A stretch of DNA of 64,000 bases from a virus, in IMG/VR virus record IMGVR_UViG_3300023179_000044, positions 39,879-103,878 of that record; one strand, given 5' to 3'. The notes below the pieces were generated by a model. The model did not search any database. It was not told where the DNA came from and was given only the letters and a program-made list of their open reading frames with translations. The position numbers were made by a program, and so were the translations under genes. This document shows positions 30,270 through 40,228 of the stretch, one piece after another. How positions within the stretch are numbered: position 1 is the stretch's first letter; each line of letters starts with the position of its first letter.

Positions 30270-30872
30270 CTACTTTTTTAGTATGTTTGGCTTTTCTATA
30301 TCTTTTTGATCAACTACTCGAACAAATCTAATTTGACTATGTTTGTAGTCTGATAGAGGCTGAATAGTTGTTGTACCAGTCCCCCGATTTGCATTGATTA
30401 TCCAGATAGTTCTTTTGCCATTTTTACTAGTTTTTATTTTGTAGACAATAGAAGAGTGGTAGAAATTAGTGCTGTTATTGTAGGCATAGACAGCAATATC
30501 TCCAACCTTAACTTCATCATAAGACACACGTTTACCTATATGTGCCTGTTTGTCAGCTGAATGTGGAAGTGTAATACCGAACTGCTCGTAAAGCCACACA
30601 ACCATGCCTGAGCAATCCCAGCCATAAGTGCTTGACCCAGCAAAAACATAAGGAGTTCTATTTTCCCGGGTCCCCAGATATTTTACGAGATGCGTCATAT
30701 GTTCTAGATTTCGTTGCAATTTAAATGTATCCGCAGTCGAAACTCTAACTTTAGATTCCGAGGCAGCAACATTTGCCTTATTATTTTTATCCTGAATCGT
30801 ACGAGCCGAAACAGATGCAGAGCACCCTGCTAAAAGCAGAATGATGCTTGCTATAGTAATGAACTTTTTCAT
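30270..30872 (-). CDS. NlpC/P60 (C40) peptidoglycan endopeptidase, lipoprotein-like
   Basis: LLAGC lipobox-like signal; PYVFAG....WDCSG...LPHSA..Q...GD...H. Confidence 0.88.
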   Translation of the reverse strand: MKKFITIASIILLLAGCSASVSARTIQDKNNKANVAASESKVRVSTADTFKLQRNLEHMTHLVKYLGTRENRTPYVFAGSSTYGWDCSGMVVWLYEQFGITLPHSADKQAHIGKRVSYDEVKVGDIAVYAYNNSTNFYHSSIVYKIKTSKNGKRTIWIINANRGTGTTTIQPLSDYKHSQIRFVRVVDQKDIEKPNILKK

Positions 30873-30953
30873 TTAGCGACCTTACCTTTCATTTCTTTAG
30901 TACTGGGGTCGTTTATTGTCGAAGTGACATATATCTATTCAGTTTTTATATAC

Positions 30954-30991
30954 AAAAAAGCACATTCAGTCTTTTATTGACAGAATGTGCT
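30954..30991 (-). terminator. Intrinsic terminator
   Basis: GCACATTC...GAATGTGC stem followed by a T tract on the minus strand. Confidence 0.7.
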
Positions 30992-31031
30992 CTCCGTCTT
31001 AATAGGATATCACAAGTTTAAATAGTTGCGT

Positions 31032-31553
31032 CTATTTTGTCAAGCGAACTCTTTTATACATGGCTCTATATGTTACGCCGGCCGCCTCAGCTAATTCTTT
31101 GATTGGGACGCCATTAGCATGTAAGCGCAAGCAAATGGCAGTTAGTTGGTCATTTGCCACGGCTGCTGCCGAAGAGTTTGCCATCTTTGCCCTGTAAGTA
31201 CGTGCAACTGGTGCAATTGAACGAATAAGCTCTATCTCATCTGGAAGAATGCCTGGAGATATTGGAGTAGTTTTTTGATAGCCATCAGGATGGGTTTTAT
31301 AGCCCGGAGAAGGCACCGGAATAGGCGCGTCTACTAAATCTCGTTCCGTGGGTGAAGTAAAGCGTAGAAGCCAGCTACGGACTGTTGAGCGAGGTCTAGG
31401 AGGGGTTAAAGAATCTCCGATAGCTTGAAGAGTCCAACCCTCGTGATAGAGGTCATAGACGCGCTTAATCAGATCTTCTTGGGGGAGAGATTTTAAGTAG
31501 CGTTTTTCTTCGGGTGGCAGGGGCTGATTTCTAGCTGAACGGCGATCTGTCAT
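31032..31553 (-). CDS. Tandem HTH protein with the same architecture as 28862-29413
   Basis: GWTLQAIG...RSTVRSW and GVPIKELAEAAGVT; leaderless TATAAT at 31560-31565. Confidence 0.75.
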   Translation of the reverse strand: MTDRRSARNQPLPPEEKRYLKSLPQEDLIKRVYDLYHEGWTLQAIGDSLTPPRPRSTVRSWLLRFTSPTERDLVDAPIPVPSPGYKTHPDGYQKTTPISPGILPDEIELIRSIAPVARTYRAKMANSSAAAVANDQLTAICLRLHANGVPIKELAEAAGVTYRAMYKRVRLTK

Positions 31554-31699
31554 GGAACCATTATAGCGGGTAAAACTCTTATACTGTGTTAAAAATTTAG
31601 TACCTTAACGTCAACTGCTTTTGGCCTGCGAGACGGAAAACCCTAATTTTTGCCCGCGCGATTTTTGTTTCCTACGTGTGCCGCTATCTCGTATTATAT

Positions 31700-32430
31700 T
31701 TTTTCAAAACTGGCGAATTTTTTATACTCTTATTTTTTTTTAATATTTAATCTCAAATAGTATTTCAAGTAATCTGGGAACTATTATCTTTTAAAAATAA
31801 TCTTTTTTACATGTATATTCTAGGTAATCACATCTTTAAAAAAAAATATTTTAAAAATATTCTAATTATTTATACAAGTCTTATAATCTTCTTGATCTTA
31901 ATCACTACTCATTCAGTATAAAATCACGTGCATATATTTTTTGTTTAACAAATAAAATATTTAACACAAGTAACACAAGAGTCACATGACAATCACACAT
32001 GTCACACATGTCACACACTACACAACATTCTCTAATGTAAATTTCATATACCCATCTCACACTAATCACATCTACTAGATATAGCTCATGATACTTACCT
32101 AATCCAATTGCCTAATCACAATCTTCATATCTAGTTATGTCCACATAGTCTTTACATTAGGGGAGGTATTATATGTTGCTTGAGGATAACCGTGTATATA
32201 GTTATCACACTAGAAGCATTTCACTATACACATGTAATCCCTTAGTCACTACCCACTCATCCTACTTCCCTCTAATACTCTTGTCCCCTTTATCTCTTAC
32301 CCCCTCTTATTTCTTATCCCCTCTTCCCCTCTAGTTCCTTCTTCCCCTCTTTCCCTTTAGTCCCCTCTTCCCCCCTCTAGTCTTTCACTCAGGGGGCACT
32401 CCACCCACTGCCCCCCACTCACCCATCTCT
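31700..32430. other. Non-coding low-complexity region: AT-rich, then CA-rich, then polypyrimidine
   Basis: A/T runs 31700-31960; CACACATGT repeats ~31994-32017; C/T-dominated tract with CTTCCCCTCT units 32260-32430. Confidence 0.7.
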
Positions 32431-32586
32431 CCTCACACAAAGAATGATATTGTCGCCTGGAGCTATCCGTGACTATAGGTATGACATCTACCCACACATC
32501 TAGTACTCCTGCATCTACTACACTCTCAATAAAAGAAGAAGAGGTCTTACACATGTAAGACCTCTCACTCTTAGTACTTATATCTC

Positions 32587-32868
32587 TTAGCTACTCACAG
32601 CTGCAAGAATGATCAAGAATGTCCAGAATAGATTCCACACCAATGTAGGAACACCAGTCGCTAGACCAGTCACTGACCAAGCAGCAGATGTCCCATCTTC
32701 TTTAGCTCTCTTAAAACCAATAGAAGATAAAACAACTACAACAATAGAAGATAGAACAAACAGAGGAGATAGGAACCAAGACAAGATGAATGATAATGAA
32801 ACATTCACAATGCCAACAATACCAGCAGCTACTCCAAGACTATTCTCTTTAGATTTAGACATATACAT
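32587..32868 (-). CDS. Small membrane protein (DUF4190-like)
   Basis: Three hydrophobic segments. Confidence 0.55.
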   Translation of the reverse strand: MYMSKSKENSLGVAAGIVGIVNVSLSFILSWFLSPLFVLSSIVVVVLSSIGFKRAKEDGTSAAWSVTGLATGVPTLVWNLFWTFLIILAAVSS

Positions 32869-32922
32869 TTTCCTTTACATAAGAGCTATGACATAGCACT
32901 CTAATCATAGTAGACATCTCTA

Positions 32923-33672
32923 CTATTTTCTCCAAGGGAACTGCTTATTCCCATAGAGATCTCTCATATGTTTATTCAATGAGAGAAACATATCCCCTTG
33001 AACTGAGCCATCATTACCCCCAAGGCGATACAACAAAGTACTCTTACCACTACATGCAAAGTTCTTATGATTTAGTACTCCAGTAATTAACTGATAGTAC
33101 CTACGATCTCCACCCCAACCTGAGTCCCACATGTACCCAGTCAGTCTAATAAAGTCCCTCTTAAAGAAGTAGCAACTAGTATCGACTAGGTTTCCATTGT
33201 CTGGATTACCAGCAATAGGCCACATACCAAGGGACTCAGAGTCATCCTCACAGATAAACTCTCCATCCTTAGAATAAATCTTCCTAAGCGAATATACCCA
33301 ATCATAGTCTTCAGACTCTATCTTCTCCACCAACGAACTTACATGATTTACCTCTATCATGTTGTCTTGATCTAGAAACATCACATAGTCATGATTGATC
33401 AAATGACTTAATCCTGCAATTATCCTATGACCATACCAACCCCCACCTCCAGTATTGTAGGGAAGAGTCAAAACGCGCAGCTCGACCATGCACTGAATCT
33501 GACCCACTATGCTACTGACTTGCTTCTCATACTCAGGGCCATCTACTACTAGCAAGTACTCGACATTCTCATAGTCCTGCTTCATCACAGACTCGATGCA
33601 GTCTTTAAGTTCAGGGGATCCTATTGTTGGAGTCACTATCAAGACAGATTTCAAATTACTTCTTCTTCCCAC
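32923..33672 (-). CDS. Glycosyltransferase family 2
   Basis: VLIVTPT...CIESV..QDY...LVVDG, FLDQD (DxD), GGD. Confidence 0.88.
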   Translation of the reverse strand: MGRRSNLKSVLIVTPTIGSPELKDCIESVMKQDYENVEYLLVVDGPEYEKQVSSIVGQIQCMVELRVLTLPYNTGGGGWYGHRIIAGLSHLINHDYVMFLDQDNMIEVNHVSSLVEKIESEDYDWVYSLRKIYSKDGEFICEDDSESLGMWPIAGNPDNGNLVDTSCYFFKRDFIRLTGYMWDSGWGGDRRYYQLITGVLNHKNFACSGKSTLLYRLGGNDGSVQGDMFLSLNKHMRDLYGNKQFPWRK

Positions 33673-33811
33673 TGAAAATATAACTCAGTAGCATAAATAT
33701 AATTACCACGCCAAGCCATGACCACGAAATGTACTGCTTGGTCACAAACTCACCAGCAAAAAATAATAGGCTAATCCAGCCAAGTGTCCTAAGTAGTAAC
33801 GAGAACATCCT

Positions 33812-35176
33812 CTACTTTATATCTCCTTCAGAGGCTCCAGTAATTCCAATACTTGACTCTACCACAGGGAGCGCTTTCTTGACAAGTGCTTCATAGAACA
33901 TAGACAAAGGAAACTCATCATCCAGAACGCAGTCAGTCAATTCTCCAGTTGTCCCCTCGAGCAGAGGTAGGTCGCGCGCGAGCCACCGTGATGCAGGATG
34001 AGGAGTTAAAGTACTTGACACTAGTTCATAGGCTGCCAGCCAATGAGCCAGCTTTGGTCTGTCTATAGACTTCCAATAAAGCTCATTGATTTCGTCTGAC
34101 AATTGCAAGACTACAGTAGGCAATCTATTCCAATTGATAAACAAAGAAGTGTCAGTCCAGTCTAGAACTCTATGCTGATGCAAGTAGGCAAAGAGCAACT
34201 GGCCAGCAACTGAATCATAGTTACGCTTCCTAGTTCCTGACAGAGGAAACCTAAAAATTCTGTCAAAAATGATTGCATACTGCACTAGCTCAGCATGCTT
34301 TTTTGCGTCGACTACCGTGTAAGGGTTGGAGCTAAGTTTTACACATTCTCTGAATGCAGTAAGGTCACACCTAAGTTCTTCTATTCCATACAGAAAGAAA
34401 GGCATGCGTTGCTTAATCATGAATGGGTCGAAGGGCAAGTCACCTCTCATGTGGGCTCGATCATGAATCAAGTCCCACATCACATAGGTCTTCTCAGTCA
34501 GCTCTTGGTCAGCAAGTAACTCAGCCAGGCCAGCAGGAATATCCAGATTGGTTATCTTGGCGACCTCTCTAACAACTCTTCTAAACCTGGCAGCTTCTCT
34601 GTCTGCAAAGATTCCTCCCCAGGTAAACTTAGGCAGCTCACCAGCTCGCTTAACTATTGACACAGACTCAGGGAAAAGTACAGCAGAGTTGGTCAAGTAG
34701 CCAGATGTGAAGTCGACAAACCTTATTGGAACAAACCCAGGATTTGAGTACTCCATATCTTCTAGATTGAAAATAAACTCTGGCCAAATGACCTCAAACA
34801 AAACAGCCTCGACCAATCTGTCAGTCGAACCATTTTGTGTATACATTGGAAACACAACAACATGAGCCAGCCCATCTACTCTTGCTCGCTCTGGATGAAA
34901 AGCTTCTAATGAATTGTAAAAGTCTGGCATTGCAAACTTACCATCAGCCCACTTCTCGAAGTCATCAGCACATGCCAGCAGATACTCTGAGTCATGTGGA
35001 AGAAAGCCTGAAATCTTTCGAAGCGACATCGAAATAGTTGAAGCAGCAAGCGCACACAAGCCGTGTACTGCTGTATCAGGTATAGATCCATTTGTAACTT
35101 GATACCCTCTAAGTGTAGAGGCAGCAGATTTAATTGCAGACCATTCAGGGGATAAGGCTATGTCTTTTGCTAGCAT
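33812..35176 (-). CDS. DUF6421-like protein (actinobacterial), putative metalloenzyme
   Basis: VVFPMYTQNG, SAVLFPE, WGGIF.DREAARF, WDLIHDRAHMRGDLPFDPFMIKQRMP..EELRCDL. Family recognised from memory. Confidence 0.7.
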   Translation of the reverse strand: MLAKDIALSPEWSAIKSAASTLRGYQVTNGSIPDTAVHGLCALAASTISMSLRKISGFLPHDSEYLLACADDFEKWADGKFAMPDFYNSLEAFHPERARVDGLAHVVVFPMYTQNGSTDRLVEAVLFEVIWPEFIFNLEDMEYSNPGFVPIRFVDFTSGYLTNSAVLFPESVSIVKRAGELPKFTWGGIFADREAARFRRVVREVAKITNLDIPAGLAELLADQELTEKTYVMWDLIHDRAHMRGDLPFDPFMIKQRMPFFLYGIEELRCDLTAFRECVKLSSNPYTVVDAKKHAELVQYAIIFDRIFRFPLSGTRKRNYDSVAGQLLFAYLHQHRVLDWTDTSLFINWNRLPTVVLQLSDEINELYWKSIDRPKLAHWLAAYELVSSTLTPHPASRWLARDLPLLEGTTGELTDCVLDDEFPLSMFYEALVKKALPVVESSIGITGASEGDIK

Positions 35177-35277
35177 TTCTTACTTTCAATTTACTTATAC
35201 TAATGATAACATGTAGCATTATAAAAATACATAGGCACTCAAACCATAACAAAGACTTAACAGAAAGTGGGTTCTCC

Positions 35278-35664
35278 ATGCTAAGGGTTATCATATGTGG
35301 ATCAAGAGAGTTCACTGACCAGTCGGTCATGGCTCAGGCATTGGAAGAGCTACGAGAGTGGGCTGAGCAACAGCCACTAACCATCGTTCATGGACATGCT
35401 AGGGGAGCAGACCTACTAGCAGAATTTCTAGCTAAGTCAATACTTCCAGACGCCATTATTGAGCGACATCCAGCCAACTGGGGATACTATGGAAAGTCTG
35501 CTGGTCCCTTGAGAAACGCAGAGATGGTTAGTCTAGGAGCAGACCTAGGGCTAGCCTTTTATGTAGATGGACTAGATTCCAGAGGCACCAATGGATGCGT
35601 CTCTCTCATGGAACTTGCCAAGATCCCAGTCAGGAAGTTTGTCCAGCCTAGCAGAAAAAACTAG
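35278..35664 (+). CDS. DUF2493 / YspA-like SLOG family protein; start revised to 35278
   Basis: RVIICGSREF...IVHG.ARGAD...PANW..YGKSAGP.RN.EM...AF...SRGT. Confidence 0.85.
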   Translation: MLRVIICGSREFTDQSVMAQALEELREWAEQQPLTIVHGHARGADLLAEFLAKSILPDAIIERHPANWGYYGKSAGPLRNAEMVSLGADLGLAFYVDGLDSRGTNGCVSLMELAKIPVRKFVQPSRKN

Positions 35665-35815
35665 CGAGCTACCCGTGTTACTAGGGCTATCGAATAGAAC
35701 TAGTAGTTAATACCTACTCAGGTGAAAAAATGAAAAATCATACTAGGCAGTTTTCATTTGGGCTGGCAACAAAAAACCCCCGATTTCTCGGGGGCTTTTG
35801 TCTAGGGGGACTTGA

Positions 35816-36214
35816 CTAATCTTCTTCGTCTTCGTCTTCGTCTTCGTCTTCGTCTTCACATTCACCCTCGCAACCCTCTACGCCACAAATGTAGCAAACT
35901 TCGTATTCAGTAGCACCTTGCTCAATAAGGCTCGTGTAGCCAGCGTTAGGGTCTTCGTGATTAGTCTCTACTGCCTGAATGAATTTTAGAGAGCAAGACT
36001 TCGCAAACCACTCTTTTAGTATGGAGAGCATTTCACTAGGGGTCTTCTCTTCGCAAGTGAAGAAACTATCTGGCTCTTCACCATAACCATAACCTTTTAC
36101 TTCGGCGACTTGCTCTTCGTCCATAAGAACATAGATTTTGTGGCAAGTGTCCCAAGTAATCGCCTTAGCGTCGTCTAGGGCGTATTCTACTTCGTCCCAG
36201 TCTATAACTGCCAT
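35816..36214 (-). CDS. Acidic hypothetical protein with Cys cluster and (ED)n tail
   Basis: Own promoter, GATAGG RBS and terminator; (TCTTCG)n at 35820-35857. Confidence 0.75.
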   Translation of the reverse strand: MAVIDWDEVEYALDDAKAITWDTCHKIYVLMDEEQVAEVKGYGYGEEPDSFFTCEEKTPSEMLSILKEWFAKSCSLKFIQAVETNHEDPNAGYTSLIEQGATEYEVCYICGVEGCEGECEDEDEDEDEDEED

Positions 36215-36407
36215 TTCGGTTTTCCTATCTGTTTAGTAACCCTTGTTGGCTACATACTTACTATAACCCTTACTGCCGACATTTGTTCCAACTTCTAATC
36301 AAAAATTAGTAGTTACTGGAAAAAATGAAAAATGTTATTTAGGCTTTTATTTTTTCTGGGCAAAAAATAACCCCCGATTTCTCGGGGGCTATCTGTGAAG
36401 TTTTTGA

Positions 36408-36761
36408 TTACAGGGTTTTTAGGTAATCGTAAAGGGTTTCCCTAATCGTAGCAAAATACGCTTCTGGATAGGCTTCCTTCATCATCTCTCGGTCAAAATG
36501 AGTGTTACGACCATTGACCTTCTTGACGACTACCACGCCACCGATAGTGCCTTCTACGAAGTCACCTAAGATTTCTCTTAGGGCTAGTTCAGCAAGTTCC
36601 TTCTGCTCTTTTGCTAGTGCTTCTGCTTTCTTAGCGTTCCTAAACTGGTTTAGGATTTCTTGGGCTTCTGGGGATAGTTCTAGTGATACTGACTTTGTTG
36701 CCTTTGTTGCCTTTTTTGCTGGGGCTGACTTTTCAGCCTTCTCTATTTTTTCTTTTGGCAT
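36408..36761 (-). CDS. Hypothetical protein, paralog of 41035-41376
   Basis: Near-identical C-terminus KKVNGRNTHFDRE.MKEAYPEAYFATIRETLYDYLKTL. Confidence 0.8.
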   Translation of the reverse strand: MPKEKIEKAEKSAPAKKATKATKSVSLELSPEAQEILNQFRNAKKAEALAKEQKELAELALREILGDFVEGTIGGVVVVKKVNGRNTHFDREMMKEAYPEAYFATIRETLYDYLKTL

Positions 36762-36935
36762 TTTTTTCCTTTGTTAGTTTTTCGGCTGGTTGCCGTGTTA
36801 CTAGGCTACGATACACCACCGACATAGAGCAACACTAATAGCAGTTTTTTTGTATCTACTGGAAAAAATGAAAAATGTTATTTAGAGTTGCTGGCTAAAA
36901 ACTTGGGGCTAAGTCTATTGACCTAGCCCCAGATT

Positions 36936-37115
36936 TTATCTAAAACTTTTTATTAGTTTGTAGATGGCAGTTAGGGGTCTGCTCTTACGCCTATGACGAC
37001 CACCTGACTTATCTAGCATTTTGTAAGACCAGTTTTGAGTTTTATACGAAACTTTGAAAGATAGTCCGTGTATTGCTCTTAGCAACTTGTATGCCAAATA
37101 GTATGCCAGTTTCAT
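36936..37115 (-). CDS. Small basic hypothetical protein
   Basis: ATGA-coupled to 37112-37366; start revised. Confidence 0.5.
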   Translation of the reverse strand: MKLAYYLAYKLLRAIHGLSFKVSYKTQNWSYKMLDKSGGRHRRKSRPLTAIYKLIKSFR

Positions 37116-37366
37116 TTGACCGATACCTTTTCCCACTGGTCTTTGTTATCAACTAACTCTTTTACATCTAGCGAGATTTGATACCACGCTTGGAATAGCA
37201 TTAGACCATAAACATCTAGGGTTAGACCAGTTGAGCCATTGTAGAGATAACCCTTTGGCAGTTCCAGCGTTGCTAGACCATCACTATAAAAAATAGTTAT
37301 GCCATTATCTTTTGCTAGGTTTATAGTCTTTACTATGTCCCCAGTTCCAAATGTTTTCTTAGCCAT
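37112..37366 (-). CDS. Hypothetical protein
   Basis: GATAGG RBS and promoter upstream. Confidence 0.65.
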   Translation of the reverse strand: MAKKTFGTGDIVKTINLAKDNGITIFYSDGLATLELPKGYLYNGSTGLTLDVYGLMLFQAWYQISLDVKELVDNKDQWEKVSVK

Positions 37367-37551
37367 TTGAGTTTGTTCCTATCTTTTAGGGGGTCTGCTG
37401 GTTGCTGACCCGTGTTATCACTCTACACCTAAATAGAAAAACACCACTACTTTTACTTAGTTTTTTAGAACTACTGGAAAAAATGAAAAATAGTTCTGGC
37501 ACTCATCTAATCAAAAAATACCCCGTCAAACTGACGGGGCATTTTTGCGAC

Positions 37552-37782
37552 CTAACTATTCAGGCTATTCATTAGGTCAAACATTATCCAGCAAGGCTCA
37601 CACTTGACGGACTTACTGGCTTGACTTGGACTAGGGGGATTAGATTTGAGATTACGACCACAAAGAGAGATTACAGGCTCTAAGGGCTTACCAGTTTCAT
37701 CTAAGGCTACAAGATGTCTAATGGACTTAGGGGGTCTAGTTCCAGTTGTATCTGGCGAGATGTCTGTTAGGGCTTGGCTCAC
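37552..37782 (-). CDS. Small Cys/His hypothetical protein
   Basis: H...LCG...CEPC pattern; GTGA-coupled. Confidence 0.55.
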   Translation of the reverse strand: MSQALTDISPDTTGTRPPKSIRHLVALDETGKPLEPVISLCGRNLKSNPPSPSQASKSVKCEPCWIMFDLMNSLNS

Positions 37783-38009
37783 TTGGCTTCACACTCCCAG
37801 CAAGCAGGGGAGTAATCACTATAAAGTGATACCCCGTGTTCGCAGTAATCGGTTTTACGCTTGCGTTCCAGAACTTCGGACATCTGGTCTATCATAGCCA
37901 GCAAGCGTTCAGGGTTGCCACCCAGAGAGAGTTGGCGTTGGGCTTCTTGGATAGCATAGCCCAGAGTTTCGGCAGAGTAGTTAGCGTAGGGGTTGCTAGG
38001 TGTAGTCAT
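37779..38009 (-). CDS. Small hypothetical protein with C-terminal CEH...CWEC
   Basis: Tiled in the unit; start revised to follow the 38011 stop. Confidence 0.6.
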   Translation of the reverse strand: MTTPSNPYANYSAETLGYAIQEAQRQLSLGGNPERLLAMIDQMSEVLERKRKTDYCEHGVSLYSDYSPACWECEAK

Positions 38010-38010
38010 C

Positions 38011-38154
38011 TTAGTTGTCGCTTTCATCTAGGGTCATTTCGACTTCGGTTAGGTGGCACTCTCGGCATAACTGGGAGTTGCTATCGGGGGCTAGGGTTGG
38101 GAACACTTTACCAGCGATAAAGTTTCCACAGTCGGCACAAATTGGGGTGGTCAT
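38011..38154 (-). CDS. 47-aa zinc-finger-like protein (not in the ORF track)
   Basis: MTTPICADCG...LCRECH with GATAGG RBS directly after a PafBC-type promoter. Confidence 0.6.
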   Translation of the reverse strand: MTTPICADCGNFIAGKVFPTLAPDSNSQLCRECHLTEVEMTLDESDN

Positions 38155-38306
38155 TGAGTTCCTATCTATCGGGGGGCTTGCTCGTTGCTTGCCCGTGTTG
38201 CCAGCCTAGCAAATACCACCGACATCATCTACACTTCTCACCAACTTTTCACCAAAGAGTTCCTGGTACTGGAAAAAATGAAAAATCTTATTTGGAAATT
38301 CTAAGT

Positions 38307-38655
38307 AAAAAAACTTCCCCTAGTATCCGCAGGGATTTCTAACTAGGGGAAGTTTCGGGCTATCGCTTGGAGATAGGATTTGGGCAAGGTATAACAAGCG
38401 ATAACCCTAGTGAGTTTGTAAGACCTGCCCTTACTCTTAGGGGGCGACCCTAAGCGACCTAATCAGTATGCCTACTGACTTGACTAACTCTCCCGACCTT
38501 GTAGATGTCTGCTCTGTGTATTTGTGGAAACCGACTAACCCGACCTTATAGATGTCTGCTCTGTGTTTCCTGATTCGGCGAACTCTTCCTAGTCAACTGA
38601 TTCGCCCTGACTCGCTAGTTTCCAACAATACTTACCTAGGAAGTAAGTGGACAAC
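38307..38655 (-). ncRNA. Putative ~350-nt structured non-coding RNA occupying its own unit
   Basis: Own box (38718), promoter TTGCGT-N16-TATTCT (38662-38689) and terminator; no credible ORF; at least 6 hairpins and a 28-nt direct repeat. Confidence 0.7.
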
Positions 38656-38803
38656 AAGATAAGAATACAGGTTTTTATGATTTACGCAACTTTTCACGAA
38701 AGTTTTTTGTATTCACTGGAAAAAATGAAAAATCTTATCTAAGCGATTTTTTGGCTAAAAAAATAAGTCCCCGATTTTCAGGGGACTTACTTTTTAGATT
38801 TGT

Positions 38804-39151
38804 CTAGGAGACACCGATTACTGACTTTATCCGTGTTATCTGGTTTTCGGTTAGGCTCTTGGTTTCGCCATTGTCGTCTGTTCCACCTGTAATAACTGCG
38901 TCTCCGACAATAATGTCTGTTTTGCCATAAGACATTTCCCAGAGTTTCGTTGCTAGAAAGTTGAAAGGCAGTCCAGTTAGTTTACCTTCCTCATTTATCC
39001 AGAGAGTTAGTCCAGCGAGTTCTTGGTCTAAATCTACTGCTTCTATCCAACCTGCTACTGCTTTACTTAGGAAATCATACTCCTTAGAGTTCTCTACCTG
39101 CTCGGTAGAAACTCCACCATCAGCCTTGATAACTAATACTTGCTTAGTCAT
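38804..39151 (-). CDS. DUF3846-like protein
   Basis: V.GWIEAV...W.NEEGKL.GLP.N..AT...IVGD.V.TG. Confidence 0.8.
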   Translation of the reverse strand: MTKQVLVIKADGGVSTEQVENSKEYDFLSKAVAGWIEAVDLDQELAGLTLWINEEGKLTGLPFNFLATKLWEMSYGKTDIIVGDAVITGGTDDNGETKSLTENQITRIKSVIGVS

Positions 39152-39359
39152 TTTGACCTGCCTATCTGTTTTGGTAGCCCGTGTTGACTACATAAGTAAT
39201 CTACTACTATCAACCGACATTTGTTCCAACTTCTAACTAAGTTTTGTATCTACTGGAAAAAATGAAAAATCTTATTTAGACATTTTGCTTCTAGTTCATC
39301 TGGGCAAAAAATAAACCCCTAGATTTTTGGTCTAGGGGTCTATTTATTTTTGAGTTGAT

Positions 39360-39473
39360 TTAGAGCCTGTCCCTGCTCTGCTTGCTCTGCTTGATGTCCC
39401 TGCTAATGCCACCGATAACTGATAACACTGATAGCACTAAATAAACACCAATAAAGGCGTATTGCCACCACAT
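39360..39473 (-). CDS. 37-aa membrane peptide
   Basis: TAATG-coupled; MWWQYAFIGVYLVLSVLSVIGG. Confidence 0.5.
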   Translation of the reverse strand: MWWQYAFIGVYLVLSVLSVIGGISRDIKQSKQSRDRL

Positions 39474-39715
39474 TAGTTCCACTCCCCTAATGCTCTTAGC
39501 ATTTCGTTAGGTGAAACTTTTAGGGCAACGCATAACTTAGCAAGTGTATCTGCTGGAAGTTGGCGTTGCTTGTGGAAGTATCTGCTAAGGCTGGACTTTT
39601 GTAGTCCTGTTGCGATAGCAAACTGATTTAGCGACTTATAGCCACGCTTAGAATACTGGGCGACAAACCACTCCCAAGTAATCTCACTCTGGCTCTTGAC
39701 TTTTGCTTTTGGCAT
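39473..39715 (-). CDS. XRE-family HTH regulator
   Basis: SLNQFAIATGLQKSSLSRYF..QR.L....L.KLC.AL.VSP. Confidence 0.8.
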   Translation of the reverse strand: MPKAKVKSQSEITWEWFVAQYSKRGYKSLNQFAIATGLQKSSLSRYFHKQRQLPADTLAKLCVALKVSPNEMLRALGEWN

Positions 39716-39913
39716 CTATCTCTCCTATTTTTGAGTTGGTCTATTTGACCTACTAACCACATTACACCAGTTTCCCGAAAAGCAACACCCGTGTTATGAG
39801 TTTTTGTATCTACTGGAAAAAATGAAAAATCTTATTTAGGATTTCAGTTGTTAGTTTGTTTGGGATAAAAATAACCCCCTAGATTTAGGGGGCTACTTTT
39901 TTAGGGGGGGGGT

Positions 39914-40228
39914 CTATCTGGACAATAGGGCGATAAATCGTCTAATGGTCTTTTTATCCGTGTTTTGTTCTAGGTATCTCAACACGCTATCAACTGGCAG
40001 ATTTCGGGCTATTCTGCCGACTAATACTGATGTGGTTTGGCTAATGTATGGTGTGTGGAAATACATAATCTCACTGGTTCGGGTGTTGTAGTCTAAGATT
40101 TTGGTTTTCCAGTGTGTTATCTGGTAGATGTCCCCTAACTGCTCGGCAGTTATGGTTTGGTTGTAGTTTGTAAAGGGGGCAAGGTTTTTGATTTGTTCCC
40201 CGATTTCGTGGTTTGGTAGGCGTTTCAT
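39914..40228 (-). CDS. Hypothetical protein
   Basis: ATGA-coupled; Y....SQTTS motif. Confidence 0.65.
   Translation of the reverse strand: MKRLPNHEIGEQIKNLAPFTNYNQTITAEQLGDIYQITHWKTKILDYNTRTSEIMYFHTPYISQTTSVLVGRIARNLPVDSVLRYLEQNTDKKTIRRFIALLSR

Noticed and set aside
30873-30995. Riboswitch (e.g. c-di-AMP) ahead of NlpC/P60
   Set aside because: I could not match a consensus; the clear hairpin is explained as the upstream gene's terminator. An Rfam scan would settle it.
32357-32554. 65-aa minus-strand ORF
   Set aside because: Runs into the low-complexity purine tract and its start lies in a hairpin; coding status unsupported.
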